Shown here: in pieces, positions 12,804 through 25,342 of the stretch
How the letters are laid out: the number at the start of each line of letters is the position of its first letter
Numbering within the stretch: the stretch's first letter is position 1
Assembly: GCA_002269645.1 (NCBI GenBank)
Contig: NIVC01000206.1
Location: 186,001 to 250,000, forward strand
Direction: 5' to 3'
DNA from: Macrostomum lignano
Taxonomy: Eukaryota
DNA length: 64,000 nt
The notes under the pieces: model-generated
Database searches by the model: none
The model's input: the letters and a program-made list of their open reading frames with translations, nothing else
What the model was told of the DNA's origin: nothing
Made by a program: the position numbers and the translations under genes

Positions 12804-15800
12804 GCTTCGGTAGGTTCAGAAAATTTCTGTAGATTCTGCAGCTCTTCAGGTAGTGACGTATCTTTTGAAATTTGAAACTTTGAAATTTGAAATCTACTGT
12901 AAATTTTTCTTCATATAGTTAAAACTGATTCTCTCTATCTATCGTGGAAAGCGTATCTACATACAGTGGCGCCTAAACTGGGGTAGCTGGCACAGCGGAC
13001 CAAGTGGCCATTGCGCCTGTGGACGCATGCACAGTATCAGTAGGTATATAAGGTAAGAATGCAACTGCCGCAAAGTTTTTATACTGGTTCTATTATGTTT
13101 GGACAAGCCAATGCGCGAGCGTATCGCTAACTGCCCAGTCGTTTCTTTAGAGATTACAAAAGCCTATGGCAAGCAGTTCTGAGTTGCCGGCTGGCGTACG
13201 TTCTCGTCAGTGCAGTAGACTGCTGGGAGTGAGTATACAGGGCGGGGTAAGCCGAATGGGGTTGGCTGGATGCACTTTAGCTGAATAGAATGAGGGACGG
13301 ACTGAGAATATAAGCGCAGAATTAGGGGGGCTTAGGCGTGGCAGAGAGAATATATGAGGTAGAGGGATAAAGAGAGCCCACTGCTGTACTTTGCCACCTT
13401 TTAGGCAGTCTCATGTCGCCTCTCTCAGTGTCTCTCCTTTGCCTGGTTTAAAGCCACCACAACGAGAGAGCGCGAATCTAATTGGGCCGTGGAAAACACA
13501 GCGTTGGCAGTTTAAATTGGCTTCAAAACCCACCCTTCATCGTGGGCAGCTAGCAATGAAGTACAAGTACACAAAACGCAAGCAGTCTTGGCTCTTATCT
13601 TAATAGCAATCTGTTTGGTCCTAACCAGAAATTGCATGTCTGCTTTGCTAGAAAGAGCATGAGTGGCTCTCCCGACCATTAAAAGAAAAACTTGAGCACA
13701 CTCACACATCTGGCTGTGTACACTGCAAGCATAGTTTAGTGTTTGCGCGCTTTCTTTGCGTCAGGCCACTTTGACCTATTATTCGTATCAAGATGCTGCA
13801 ATGTTGTAGCGTATGATCTGAACCCAACCTTGCTTATTCTTAATTCCTGTCTTACTAAATAAAAGTCCACATTTATGGCATTAGTCACATCACTATTCGC
13901 TTAACAGAATAATACTTTTATTACACAAAAAAAATTAGGAATAAAAATAATTGTAAAAAGCAACTAGGATGATTAAATTAGAAATTAAAGCAGTACACCT
14001 AATATCAAGCATTCCAGCTTAAGATATATTAGCATCCCATCTGAGCAATGATGGCATCTTCTCAGCAACTATAACCATTAAGTCATAATGGCATCTAGCA
14101 ACTATACGAAATATTACGAAAATCATTATTTGTTTACCTTTAAAAAGGTAAAATAAGTAAAAACCCAGATTTCTACTGTTAGTAGAATGTCAATATACCG
14201 CAGTATAAATAACGCTTAATGTGTCATTTCAACTTTTCAATTTCAAACTGCAAAATATCGACGTGATGAAGACGAAAATGTGCTAGGAATTCTTCAATTG
14301 CTAAAGTAAAAACTTTATAATAACTGTCCACAGGTTAAATTTGTAGGGGCTTTCGGTAATCATGACCGAATGAGCCGAGGCGGTTGTTCTTAATTTGCCA
14401 TGGTGAGTTGAGATAACGTTCTTGATAGAACTTCGCGCTCGTTAGTTTTATTTTTAGATGAAGAAAAATGGCAGTTCGTAAAAATACCGGAAAATTTAAA
14501 ACGTTAAAACAAACTAAAAATATTCTGAGTATGATACGCTAAAACGGTCTAATGCAACAAACTTTTTTACATTAAATATATCGATTTTAGTTAAACATGG
14601 TGAACAAACTACATGTGTGTGCAATATAAGTAAAATTGAAATATCTAGAAAGTACTATAACTGACTTTGATTATAAATATGAGAAAACAAATTTGTGGGA
14701 GTATATTAATAAATGTTAATATTTAATAGCTGAAATAAATTTAAGCATGTCATAAAACATAATGAAGTTTTTACTTTTTAAAGTGAACTCCGTTAAGATA
14801 AATCATGCATAATTCATAATGTCCGATGTCCGAAATGGCCGATTAAGAGACTATGCGAGGCATACAAGGACAGTCTAGTCAGGGCTGGAAACGAGGACTT
14901 TTGCATAAAGGGGGATCTTTTAGCTGGTGAGCGGTTTTAGACTACAATGCCCTCCTAAGCTCCAGGATTCCAAGGGTGGATAATAAATACCGCCATTTTA
15001 ATATCTTTCCTTCTCGATGGGTTCCATGCAGCAAGGGATGCGGAAGTACGGGTCCCAGGGCTCTCTCGTGGTGTACATCCAATTAGGACTTATTTAGTTA
15101 ATGCTATGGTTATTTGGTTAAATTCGGCTCATACTCGGTGATCTTCCACTCTGATCCTCAGCTTCTATTCCATGCTCTGGGACAGGCGCACTTTCTACTC
15201 ACGCTTCATACCACGCGTCATTGTAAATAAACAAACAGACAAAAGCAAACAAATTGAATAGCTATAATGCCCTGAATTACTGGCTCTAAACTTGGCCCTA
15301 ACCGCTCGGTTAATTTTTAAGACGAAATTAATAAGTTAAGATTGAAAAATGAGGAGATGATGGGCAATGGGGGGACCTCGGCTGACTATAACCAAAGGGC
15401 AGCGTAACAGAGAGAGTGAAATACCTTACAGACGCGGCCGACGGGCAGGGCTGCTTGGCACGGTGGTTCTCGGATAGTCACGGAGGCGGCTGCAGTCACG
15501 GACGAGACGTGTCAGTAGGTTAAAGCCAAGGGAAGTTACAGCTCAGCACGGTGGCACAGGAACCGGCTGCCGCTCAGGGCTAGGGTGAAGGTAACGGTAA
15601 AAAGGGGGCCGAGGAAACGGGGAAGGTTCAAAAACCGGCGCCCTGAGATCACGCGTCATGCGATCACGTGAGCGTGATGCATGATATTGAAGGCCGTGAC
15701 TTGTCCTTGACCTCTGTTACCAAACAACCCTGATGACGTCACCCACCAGCCGCGCTGCGATTGGGCACGAGAAATTGGGGTGGGATACAGCAGAGAAAAA

Positions 15801-17023
15801 TGATTTACGATGGTGGATTACGTAACAGGCAGGAAAAAGCTTGGGGAGATAGGGGGTCATAAAACTGTCTCACGCATGAATGATTAGTATATAGGATGTG
15901 GGGTTGGTGCGCAGGGAAGTGGAGTGGGCAATAAGCATGAGTCACAAATAAATCTTAATGAGTCATCACGGGGGGCGCGGGAATCGCAGGGAAAGAAGGG
16001 AGGGTGCGCAGAAATTAGTGGGGGGGGGCTTAGGACGTGCCTAATATCACTTTAATCAAATACATGTAAATAATATTACAACGCAAAATCTATAATATTA
16101 ATGAATTGAACTGGATAAATATTCAAGGCGTCAAAAACCACGGGCTACTACCAGCTAACCAAGGCTTTTACGTAAAAAAAAAATTAAATACATAAAATAA
16201 TTTTATATTTATATGCTGCATACGAAATACGCATAAGTTAATTTTTTTGACTACACGTGTATCCAAAGTATTTGAAATAAAAGAATTCTAATTGACAAAT
16301 TCAAATCTGGAATTTCAAATTTCTATTTTAAATATGACAATCCCAGGCTTCACAGCAAAACTTATCAAAGTTTAATTGGTCACAATTAATGTCATACTTC
16401 GAAGCAAGGACCACTGTAGTGTAACAAACAGGATGTAAAATCAAAGATCGTGTAATTTTTTGAGAGGCCCATTTCCCGGGGAAAAGTACACTGCGAAAAG
16501 AGAAAAATATTATGTTCACCACAAAATCAATGACTGCAACATTTTAACAAATATACTTGATTGAAAAAGGATAAATTTTTGAGTAATTTAAAATTTTGGC
16601 TTGGGCTTTTGAAATAAAAAGGCACTATGAAAATGAAACTTTCACGACACAACTATAAAATACAACACCCCAGCAACACCTTGTGCATGTTAAATTAAAA
16701 GAAGGGTAATTTTCACTGCTACAAATCAAATGCAATAATTGATTTTGTGATGAAAAATGATTTTTCCTATCTCCACAGTGTATTTTTCCAGGAAATTTAC
16801 ATCTAAGAATAAACACGATCTTTAAGTTTTACGTCCTGCTATACTACAGTGGTGCTTGCTTTAAAGTGCTATACATTACAGGTCAATTTAATAATCCGTT
16901 AACTGCTATAAGTTTGCAGATAAACTTTTTGCATTTTTACTTCCAATAAAATATTCACAGATCCGATTAAAAGATTACGTAATTGGTATATTAAAGTTTA
17001 CAATAGTACATTACGATATATTG

Positions 17024-20000
17024 TTAAAGAGCAACATAACCAGCCTCGCCTTCAATAGCAAAATCTTCAAGGAACTCTTTGATTCGACGAAATGTGGCCC
17101 GAGACTTTCGCGACTTGCTCCAGCATTCGTTCAACATGAACTCATACAGTCTGAAAGAGGGACAGAGACCAATTCTTGTACACCAAGCCCTAAATTACTG
17201 TTAAGACAAAGACATAGACTAGGGGGGGTGGGGGTTGAGTGCAAGTAAGAAAAGGAGGGGTGGAGTGCGCGACTAAGGAAAGAGGCACGATTGAAGAACC
17301 AATCAGAAGGCAGCGAGGGTGAGAGAGATAAGAACAAGACTGAACCACAGATACTAGAATGACTAGATGGGCCACTCAGCACATTTGCGTGTCAGCTACT
17401 TTCAATTCAGTAGTAAGTGAAACAGAAGCATTTTAATGCATTTTTAAAGTCAAGGCTCATTTATTGGCTCTTACCCCTCTCAGCTAAAACGGCCTCCAAC
17501 AGCGCCTTTCCAAACTACCCCCCGCCCACCCGATTTTTTATTGCCTTTCTCGGAATTCCAGCCTAAATCTGCCATGTACATTTCAGTGGACTGGCTAATG
17601 TACATTATTGCTGAACCAATTAGCAAGTTGTTTACGCGCCTGCACGCTTGGGCTTCTAAACTTATCAAAGTCATTTCAGCTGCCTTTATTTCTATAAAAT
17701 AGCTTCTGCATTCTTCTTTGCTATTGAACTGAAAGTAGAAAGCTGTTTTACTAAGTATATATGCCTGAGTGGGCTATCTAGCTAATTTTGTATCCGTGGC
17801 CTGAACTGGACAGAAAGAAGGGAGGATGAGAATGTAATATAGCATTGTGCGAGTGTTTTCCACTCTTACGGTGTATCGCATTTAGACATCCATAATTTTA
17901 CTCACTTGCTGGCCGTTGCTTCATCGAGTCCGTAATCAGTGAGCTTGATGTTCATTGTGGCACCCTTGGCCACACGCTCCTGAACTTCAGAGACGCGCCA
18001 GCTCTTGTAGGGCTTCTCGCCCCGAGAGAACACTTCAAAAATGACGATGCCAAACGACCAGACATCGGATTTGATGGTGAAGAGCCCCTTCGAGATGCAC
18101 TCTGGAGCACTCCAGCGCAGAGGGAACGCCGAGTTCTTGCGATAATACTCGGATTCTACAAGTCTTGCTAGACCGAAATCGGCAACTTTCACTAGAAACT
18201 CGTTGTACATGAGTATGTTGGCCGTGCGCAGGTCGGAGTGAATGTACTTGCGCTCCTCCAGGTACTTCATGCCGTCCGCTACCTGATGCAAATAGCCCAT
18301 CATGTCGCGAGTTCTGATTGCCCTTTTTTCCCTGTCTTTGACTAAATTATGGTACAGAGAGCCCATTGGCATGTACTCGGTTACAATGTAGTAGGGCTCT
18401 TCTCTCGTGCAAACTCCAATTAGTTGCACAATTTTCGGGTGGCTCAAGCTGTGCATTATTTTGGCCTCTTTGATAAAATCATCAGTGGCGGTAGTCGACT
18501 CGGCGGCCATCTTTTTGACAGCGACTTGCAAGCAGGGGCCGAACTTGGCGAGATGCACCTGAGGGCGAGGTGGGAGCAGCACTTTCATTGATGGTTCAAA
18601 AAAAATTTTAATAATCTCTCATCCTCGCCTACTGGGACTCTATCATCTCTTGCTGAGACTTTATCATCTCTTTCTGGGATTCAATCATCTCTTACTGAGA
18701 TTCTATCATCTCTTGCTGGGACTCTATCATCTCTTATTGGGATTCTATCATCTCTTATTAGAATTCTATCATCTCTTATTGGGATTCTATCATCTCTTGC
18801 TCAGATTCTATCATCTCTTACTGGGATTCTATCATCTCTTTCTGGGATTCTATCATCTCTTACTGGGATTCTATCATCTCTTATTGGGATTCTATCATCT
18901 CTTGCTCAGATTCTATAATCTCTTACTGGGATTCTATCATCTCTTATTGGGATTCTATCATCTCTTGCTGGGATTCTATCATCTCTTACTGGGGTTCTAT
19001 AATCTCTTATTGGGATTCTATCATCTCTTATTGGGATTCTTACCATCACTTGCTGGAATTCTGTCGTCTCCTACTGGGGCTCTATCCTCTCCACTGCGAT
19101 TCTATCATCTCCTACTGGTACTCTTACCGTGCCAAAGCTTCCACTGCCAATCAGTTCGCTTATTTCGATATGAGCTCTGTTGATCTCAAAGTCGCGGAAG
19201 TTCGGTGGCGGGATGTATTTGCGCGGACAGGGTCGAGCCAGTACCATCTGGCGGTCGTCAGAATCCTGCTGATAGTGAGCCAGCAGATCGGGCAGAGTCG
19301 CAAAAGTTCGCTGCGGACTCACATAGAACCCCGCGCCGTTCTCCATCGGCAGTATTCGATAATGACGGATAACAAAGCCTCTAGTTCCGTTAGAGTCGAA
19401 GGTGTCACAGCGGACGCTAAGAGAATAGCTGGGCAGGTGGGGCTGCAACAGCTGATCAGCTTGTCGGCTATAATGAGGTCTCAGCAGGTAAGTGCCGTTC
19501 TCTAAGCCGGGCATTCGAAGTAGCCGCTCGGATTCTAATCGGTCGATTTCAAACCAGCAGTCGAGAGAAGCAGCCTGTGGATGAAGAAAGCGATTTTTAA
19601 TGATTGGCTTCTAAAATCTTTTTTGGCTAGAGAAAACGGGGATGATTCACAAACTCTTTCACAACTGCGAAAGCGACTTTCTTCACAAGGTCGAAATTTC
19701 ACACCGTCAAAAACTTAATATAACAAAAACTACAACCGGGGGTTGTAGCCTAGTGGTTAGAGCGTCGGACTCACGACTTGAAGATCGGGGGTTCGATTCC
19801 CGATCCCACTGGAACAATTTGTGTCCTTGAGCAAGGCACTTAACTCTGCATTGCTTCAGTTCAACCCAGCTGTAAAATGGGTGCCAGCATTAGCTGGGGT
19901 AAGCAGAGGCTGTGTGTGGCGACCCCCCAGTCCTTGGACTGAACAGCCGTACGCAGCCTTCAGATGGGCCGCGCAATAGCTGCGGCTGAGCTGTCGGTTG

Positions 20001-20444
20001 CACATCTGGCCCAATTGGGGCAGGTGTAATAAAAAAATAGCTATCTCACTAGATTTTCTTTTTTCGAACACAATAATTCACCTGACGTTTATCGGCAGTC
20101 TTCAACAGGTGCTTGGGCACGTAACCGGTGTCCCCACTGTCGTAGTGTCGGACCTGACACCAGTTCTCTCCCGGCTTCATGTCGAGCACCTCGACAATAT
20201 CGCCAGCGCAAAAGGACAGATCACCGGCGCAATTAGCCTCAAAAGTTTGGATGGCTTGCATAAAAACTTTCTCACACTCGGCACCGCGGCCGCCTGTGCT
20301 AGCGTTGACTACGGCGCCGGAGTTCGACATGCTCCGATTGTCGGCCCGGGCATTGTTGCCGAAGTCTCGAGCGTCTACGTAGTCGGTTTCAGACGATCGA
20401 CTTTTTGTATCGCGACGCCGCTGTCTGCTGAACAATTGACCCAT
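17024..20444 (-). CDS. Src-family non-receptor tyrosine kinase, paralog 2 (SH4-SH3-SH2-kinase-Tyr tail), 4 exons, ~529 aa
   Basis: Exons 20444-20082, 19574-19128, 18558-17906, 17150-17024 join in frame with GT-AG sites; total 1590 nt. MGQLFS myristoylation motif plus RQRRR; SH3 (QTFEANCAGDLSF...GYVP); SH2 (WFEIDRLESER...YLLRP...IRHY); GSGSFG, VAVK, HSDLRTAN, DFG, AFPLRWSAPE. The last exon, absent from the ORF track, reads KLYEFMLNECWSKSRKSRATFRRIKEFLEDFAIEGEAGYVAL*. Confidence 0.93.
18610..19120. repeat. 21-bp minisatellite (CTGGGATTCTATCATCTCTTA)n filling intron 2 of Src paralog 2
   Basis: About 23 tandem copies occupying almost the whole intron 18559-19127. Confidence 0.95.
19738..20030 (+). 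mobile_element. tRNA-derived SINE with CORE-like central domain, in intron 1 of Src paralog 2 (antisense to the gene)
   Basis: Pol III A box TAGCCTAGTGG (19746-19756) and B box GGTTCGATTCC (19790-19800), then TGTGTCCTTGAGCAAGGCACTTAACTCTGCATTGCTTCAGTTCAACCCAGCTGTAAAATGGG (~19819-19882), which resembles the MIR/CORE consensus as recalled (TGTGACCTTGGGCAAGTTACTTAAC...CTCAGTTT...CTGTAAAATGGG); A-rich end near 20030. Confidence 0.8.
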
Positions 20445-23190
20445 GATTGATAACTGGAAGCTTCCGGGGAACTGCGGTGGAGAAGTCGCAGCTAAAGCAG
20501 CTTGTATTTCGTTTCGTTTTTTAGAAACCCTGCTACTACTAATTACTACTATATACACGTACTCTCAATCCAAACTGAACTATCCAAACGTACACCCTAA
20601 TCTCACACTCCTGTGCAAATGTTTAAGTTTCGGTTGCAGTTGCTAAAAATAGATGAGAGAAGAGAAATAAAGAATTAGAACAGGTAGAGATGCTCCGTAA
20701 GTTCGGCTTGGATTTGTTGCTCTGAGTACGCTCTCGCATATTGCCTTTTCAGTGACTGTGAGAGACAATATGACAGGCGGTGAGAAAATTAAATTGTTAT
20801 TTTCTTCCGTTGCAAAGCTTTGGTTTGAAGACCTAAAATGACGAAGATAAGGCTACAAAATGATAAATTCTAGTAATACGGATCTTGAGTTTCTTCGCGT
20901 TTTCAATTAATGTACAATTGTGTACACTATGCATGAAGCTAGCCATAGTACCAAATCGCTCAAACCTCTCACCGATGTATTCGGTAAGCTTAAAGAATTA
21001 AAGCTTTGGGCTTGAAAAAACCATCTCACGCAAATACTACTGATACGAGCATACGTGTGCACCCAGCAATACATTAAAATTTCCGCCCCGAAAAGCCAGT
21101 GGTCAACTCTTCTTAGATCTCAGGCCCACACAGTCATACACACAGGCATACCATACTTACGCAGGCGGCAGCAGGGAGCAGGAACACTCTTTCATTTGTT
21201 TTAAGTTTTTTTTGCATAGTTTCTTTGTATTTAGTTTTACTACTGTATTAATTAAATTTGTTTTATTTTTACTCTTCCAAACACGAACCTTAAAATACTA
21301 TATATCGTACTAATAAGAAAAAAAAATACATCAATTGCGTAAGAGCCCCCCCCCCCAGGGCTGAGGCGCAGGGCCTTCGTTTGCCCAGACTTATTAATGA
21401 ATGAATGAATGAATGAGCGGAGTGTAGGGGTCCGCTCCCTACAACTTTATTTATTTGTTGTTAGGCATGTATACATTTCACAGTGCCTGGGGGGGGCTTC
21501 CATAAATCCCAGATTTCACAACGTCGAAGCTTCATAACCTCGAAATATCGAGAAATGACCGCAGCCTGTGCGGATTAAACTCAAGAAGTTAACTTAAACC
21601 AAAGATCATATAAACACAAGATAGGCCACTCATTAACCACTCATATCCCAATTGGAAAGCTTGGTTTATCTACGTAAATATACGTAGATTTTTTTAACGT
21701 AAATTTTACGTGAATGTTGTTCGTGGGTATTACGTATAATTTTCGTGTTCCATGGATATATATAACAAACAACTTTTAACTAAAATTTGCTCCACAGTAT
21801 TTTATTTTTGAATATTGTCTGCATATTTGAACAGGTTCATCATATACTTTCGCGAAGGTCTTCTCTTTGAGCAGAAGCGTAAAGGCAGCAATAACGATTG
21901 TGGTCAATGATTTGCCTTATGCAATTAGTGTTTTATTAAATTAGATTAAGTGTTTCTTTTAATGGGATAATTCACAATTTTTTTCCTGAGCATACAAAAA
22001 AAATTAGAGTTATATTTGTTTTAACGTGTTGTTTTAAAATCTAAATTTCAAACTGATTTACTCTTCCATTCGCGTTCGCGCCCAGGCCGGAAACATGCAT
22101 GGACTGGACTAAACATGGAAGTGTTTAGTTAGTGAGAGGTGGATTAATTAACACATGTAAACGTAACTCCAATTGCGAATTACTCTAATAGTTACAGTGA
22201 ATAATGGTGATAAGATTTCTTGTCGCTGTTGTTTGATTTCACGACTATTACATGCAGTTAAAAGTCTCACTGTCTCTGGCTGATTTTGATTGCTAGTCAT
22301 ACTCATAAACACATTGTGAAACCGTTTGGCCCCAATAATTTAAACTGGAATCTGCAGATCTGTTGTATTGCATTAAGTTCTAGAACAGATGGTTACTTAC
22401 ATCTCATCCTTCTTATCCTTCTATTTACACAGGCCTACAAATTTTACTTGAAATGCTGACATCTTAGACATTGACAATGTCAATATTTAGCTATTGAGTA
22501 GGTCTATTGGCCTATATGTAGCTGTTGACCTATTGTTTCACCAGACTACTAGCTTAGCTAATAACTAGAATTGTTGGTCAATTGTATTGTACTTATATAT
22601 TTTATTTTTGCTAGTTGCTAACTATAGTATAATAACTTTTTATGCTTTTGCCAAGATTTGGTTGTGGGTGGTAGACTGGTAGGTAGCAAAATATTTTCCT
22701 TTTTTATAATGATATTTATTGCTAGGTTCGACATTTATTGCTAATTTATTGCTAATTGACATTTATTGCTAATTTATAATGAACCAGATCATTAAATTTA
22801 CCATTCTACCATTGTTAATAGGCTAAATAAACAAAATTTTTAAATAAAGTTTAAAATAAATATATCTTATAGTTTTGCTTTATTGGCAAAGACTAGATAG
22901 CCTTGCTGATTATTCTTATATTATAACTAAACTAAAGTAATAAAAAAGTCTTATATGTAAATAATACCTATTGCTGCATATTGCACTAGAGCATCCTCTA
23001 ACACATTAATCTGCCATAGTTATTCTGTGGTACTGAGAAATATAATTTTAACTTTAATTATGAATATTTTAAATTTTGATATTTATTTTTACCCTATTAA
23101 TTTATTTTACAATTTTTCTTTCTTTCAGTAATATCACATCTATGGTTCCTAATAACCAAAAAAAAACATGAACGAAATGTTAAAAAACTT

Positions 23191-25176
23191 ATGAAAAAGA
23201 TTATTCATAGCAAATATCAAGTAAGAACAGCAAGGTCTAATTCTAATTGTTTGGAATCAGCATCAACTGAATTAGAGGCATCTTTGTTCTTAGAGGCTTG
23301 TTCAACTGATGGACCAAATCTTCAATCTAGATCTAACAGTTCTGAAATTATAGATCAGATAGATCAAAGTTCAATTGCAAGCAGTACATCTATTGATGTT
23401 TGGCCAGAAGCAAGCTCTACTAGTGAAAATAGTATTCCTGATGATAGCATAAATCAATTTATTAAACAATGGGTAATCAAATTCAACATTCCTATCTATA
23501 GTCTAGATGTACTACTACCACGGCTACAAGAGAAATATCCTACTTTACCCAAGTGTGGTAAAACACTTTTGAAAGCAAATCTTCCTCAGCCAATTATCCA
23601 GGCTATTTCAACTGGCCAAATAGCATACTTTGGTCTGAGGTGTTTTCTTAACAATAAGGACTTTTCCTTCTGTAATCAGGCTGATTTGGTTGTTTTTGTT
23701 GATGGTTTCTCACTTGCTAAGTCTTCAACTTCATCTTGCTGGGCAGTCTTAGGACTATTAGGATCTAATGAAACACCTTTTGTCATTGCTATCTATCAAG
23801 GACATGTAAAACCAACAGCTTCAGAATTGATGTCACCTTTAATTAATGAAATCAATGAGCTTATGTCAGACCCAAGTCAAACACGTTTAAATTTGAAGTA
23901 TATTCTGGCTGATACACCTGCTCGAGCACTTATCAAGTGTATTAAAGGACATACTGCTTTTTATTCCTATGATCGTTGCGTTATCCGTGGACAAAGAGTT
24001 GAAGGTCGAATTGTGTTTGATGACTTTTCTGTAGTGCCACTTAGAAGTAACCAGTCTTTTCGTTCAAAGATTGATCATCATCATCATTCAGGAACATCTC
24101 CACTATTGGCTCTTGCAACATTCAACATGATATCTCAGCTTCCCTATGACTTCATGCATTTACTTTGCCTTGGAGTAGTTAAGCGCATGATTTCTTTTTG
24201 GCATTGTGGTCCACTTGGAATTTCTAGACTGACTAGTAGGGCTCGAGTAGCAATCTCAGAGAGGCTAGAGTTAATACGGACATTTATGCCTTCTGAGTTC
24301 AACAGAAAGACTAGACCTCTTGCCCAGTATAAATTATGGAAAGCAACTGAGTTTCGTACTTTCTTGTTGTACACTGGAATATGTGCATTAAAGAATAACT
24401 GGATTCCACGTCAAATTTTTCGGAACTTCTGTCTACTTTTCATTATTGCTCGAATTATGTGCTCTAGTAGTATTGAAGGGCATAGGAAGAACATGGTTGC
24501 TCGTCTTATTAGAGTTTATTTACGAAGTTGCAAGCAAAGTTATTCTAGAATCTTCTTAGTTTATAATTTGCATGCACTGCTGCATCTTCCAGATGATTGT
24601 GAGTTATATGGTTGTCTTGACTCTTTTAGTGCTTTTCGGTTTGAAAATGCTCTTGGCTTCTTGAGGCGGCGTGTTAGAAGTGGTAACTTGCCATTCATGC
24701 AGCTTGTAAACCGAATTAGAGAAGTAACACAAGTTACAACTGTAAATCTGCAAGGCTCTCAACAGAAAAACATTGAATTTTTTAAAAAAGTGAGTGACTG
24801 CCTTCCAAGAAACATTGCACAGCAAATTGATTTCCAACCAATTTTTTTTGCCCAAGCTAAATTTCAAGGACTGCAACTATCTGTCAAACATCAGAGAGAC
24901 AGTTATTTTAGTTTTAATGGTGTAGCTACTAAGCTATCAAAGATTTTTACTCGAGCTGATTGTTCATCCATCTATGTCATTGCAAGATGCTTCAAACAAA
25001 AAGAAGACTATTTTAATTTTCCATGCAATAGCAAGTCACTTGGAATTTTCATTGCCTCAAAGCTCTCAGATACTTTTGTAATGTTTGAGCTTACAGATCC
25101 AGTTACAAAGCTTTTTGCTATGCCTCTTGGTGAGGATTATGACGAGGAGTCAGTGCTCATTGTTCCAATGATTTAG
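23191..25176 (+). CDS. EnSpm/CACTA transposase (TnpD-like, DDE), 661 aa
   Basis: Uninterrupted ORF with family motifs FVDG, ILADTPARA, DFMHLLCLGVVKR, PSEFNRK, WKATEFRTFLLY, VYNLHALLHL, SAFRFENALG. An upstream ATG at ~23142, just after a TTTCAG acceptor, would join this frame if the A9 run at 23158-23166 were A8. Confidence 0.92.
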   Translation: MKKIIHSKYQVRTARSNSNCLESASTELEASLFLEACSTDGPNLQSRSNSSEIIDQIDQSSIASSTSIDVWPEASSTSENSIPDDSINQFIKQWVIKFNIPIYSLDVLLPRLQEKYPTLPKCGKTLLKANLPQPIIQAISTGQIAYFGLRCFLNNKDFSFCNQADLVVFVDGFSLAKSSTSSCWAVLGLLGSNETPFVIAIYQGHVKPTASELMSPLINEINELMSDPSQTRLNLKYILADTPARALIKCIKGHTAFYSYDRCVIRGQRVEGRIVFDDFSVVPLRSNQSFRSKIDHHHHSGTSPLLALATFNMISQLPYDFMHLLCLGVVKRMISFWHCGPLGISRLTSRARVAISERLELIRTFMPSEFNRKTRPLAQYKLWKATEFRTFLLYTGICALKNNWIPRQIFRNFCLLFIIARIMCSSSIEGHRKNMVARLIRVYLRSCKQSYSRIFLVYNLHALLHLPDDCELYGCLDSFSAFRFENALGFLRRRVRSGNLPFMQLVNRIREVTQVTTVNLQGSQQKNIEFFKKVSDCLPRNIAQQIDFQPIFFAQAKFQGLQLSVKHQRDSYFSFNGVATKLSKIFTRADCSSIYVIARCFKQKEDYFNFPCNSKSLGIFIASKLSDTFVMFELTDPVTKLFAMPLGEDYDEESVLIVPMI

Positions 25177-25342
25177 CTGGAACAGCTAGGATTACAAGCT
25201 TAACTAGGTAAATGTTTTTCAAGATATATTATTAATTCATTTGAAATATAATTATACTTGAAATACTTGAAGATTTCTCTGATTTCGATAATCATTCCAA
25301 TCCCAAGTAAAAAGATTGTTACTCTTATTACACCACTTTCAG

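Noticed and set aside
18650-19183. 177-aa Leu/Gly/Phe/Tyr/His ORF resembling a membrane protein
   Set aside because: Artefact of a 21-bp (7-codon) intronic minisatellite, antisense to the Src gene.
19738-19812. Functional tRNA gene
   Set aside because: Anticodon and acceptor stems pair poorly, there is no Pol III terminator right after the head, and it continues into a SINE CORE-like domain.
20445-20558. N-terminal extension of Src paralog 2 in the ORF track (MYIVV...)
   Set aside because: The downstream MGQLFS gives a canonical myristoylation start; the extension is probably 5' UTR.
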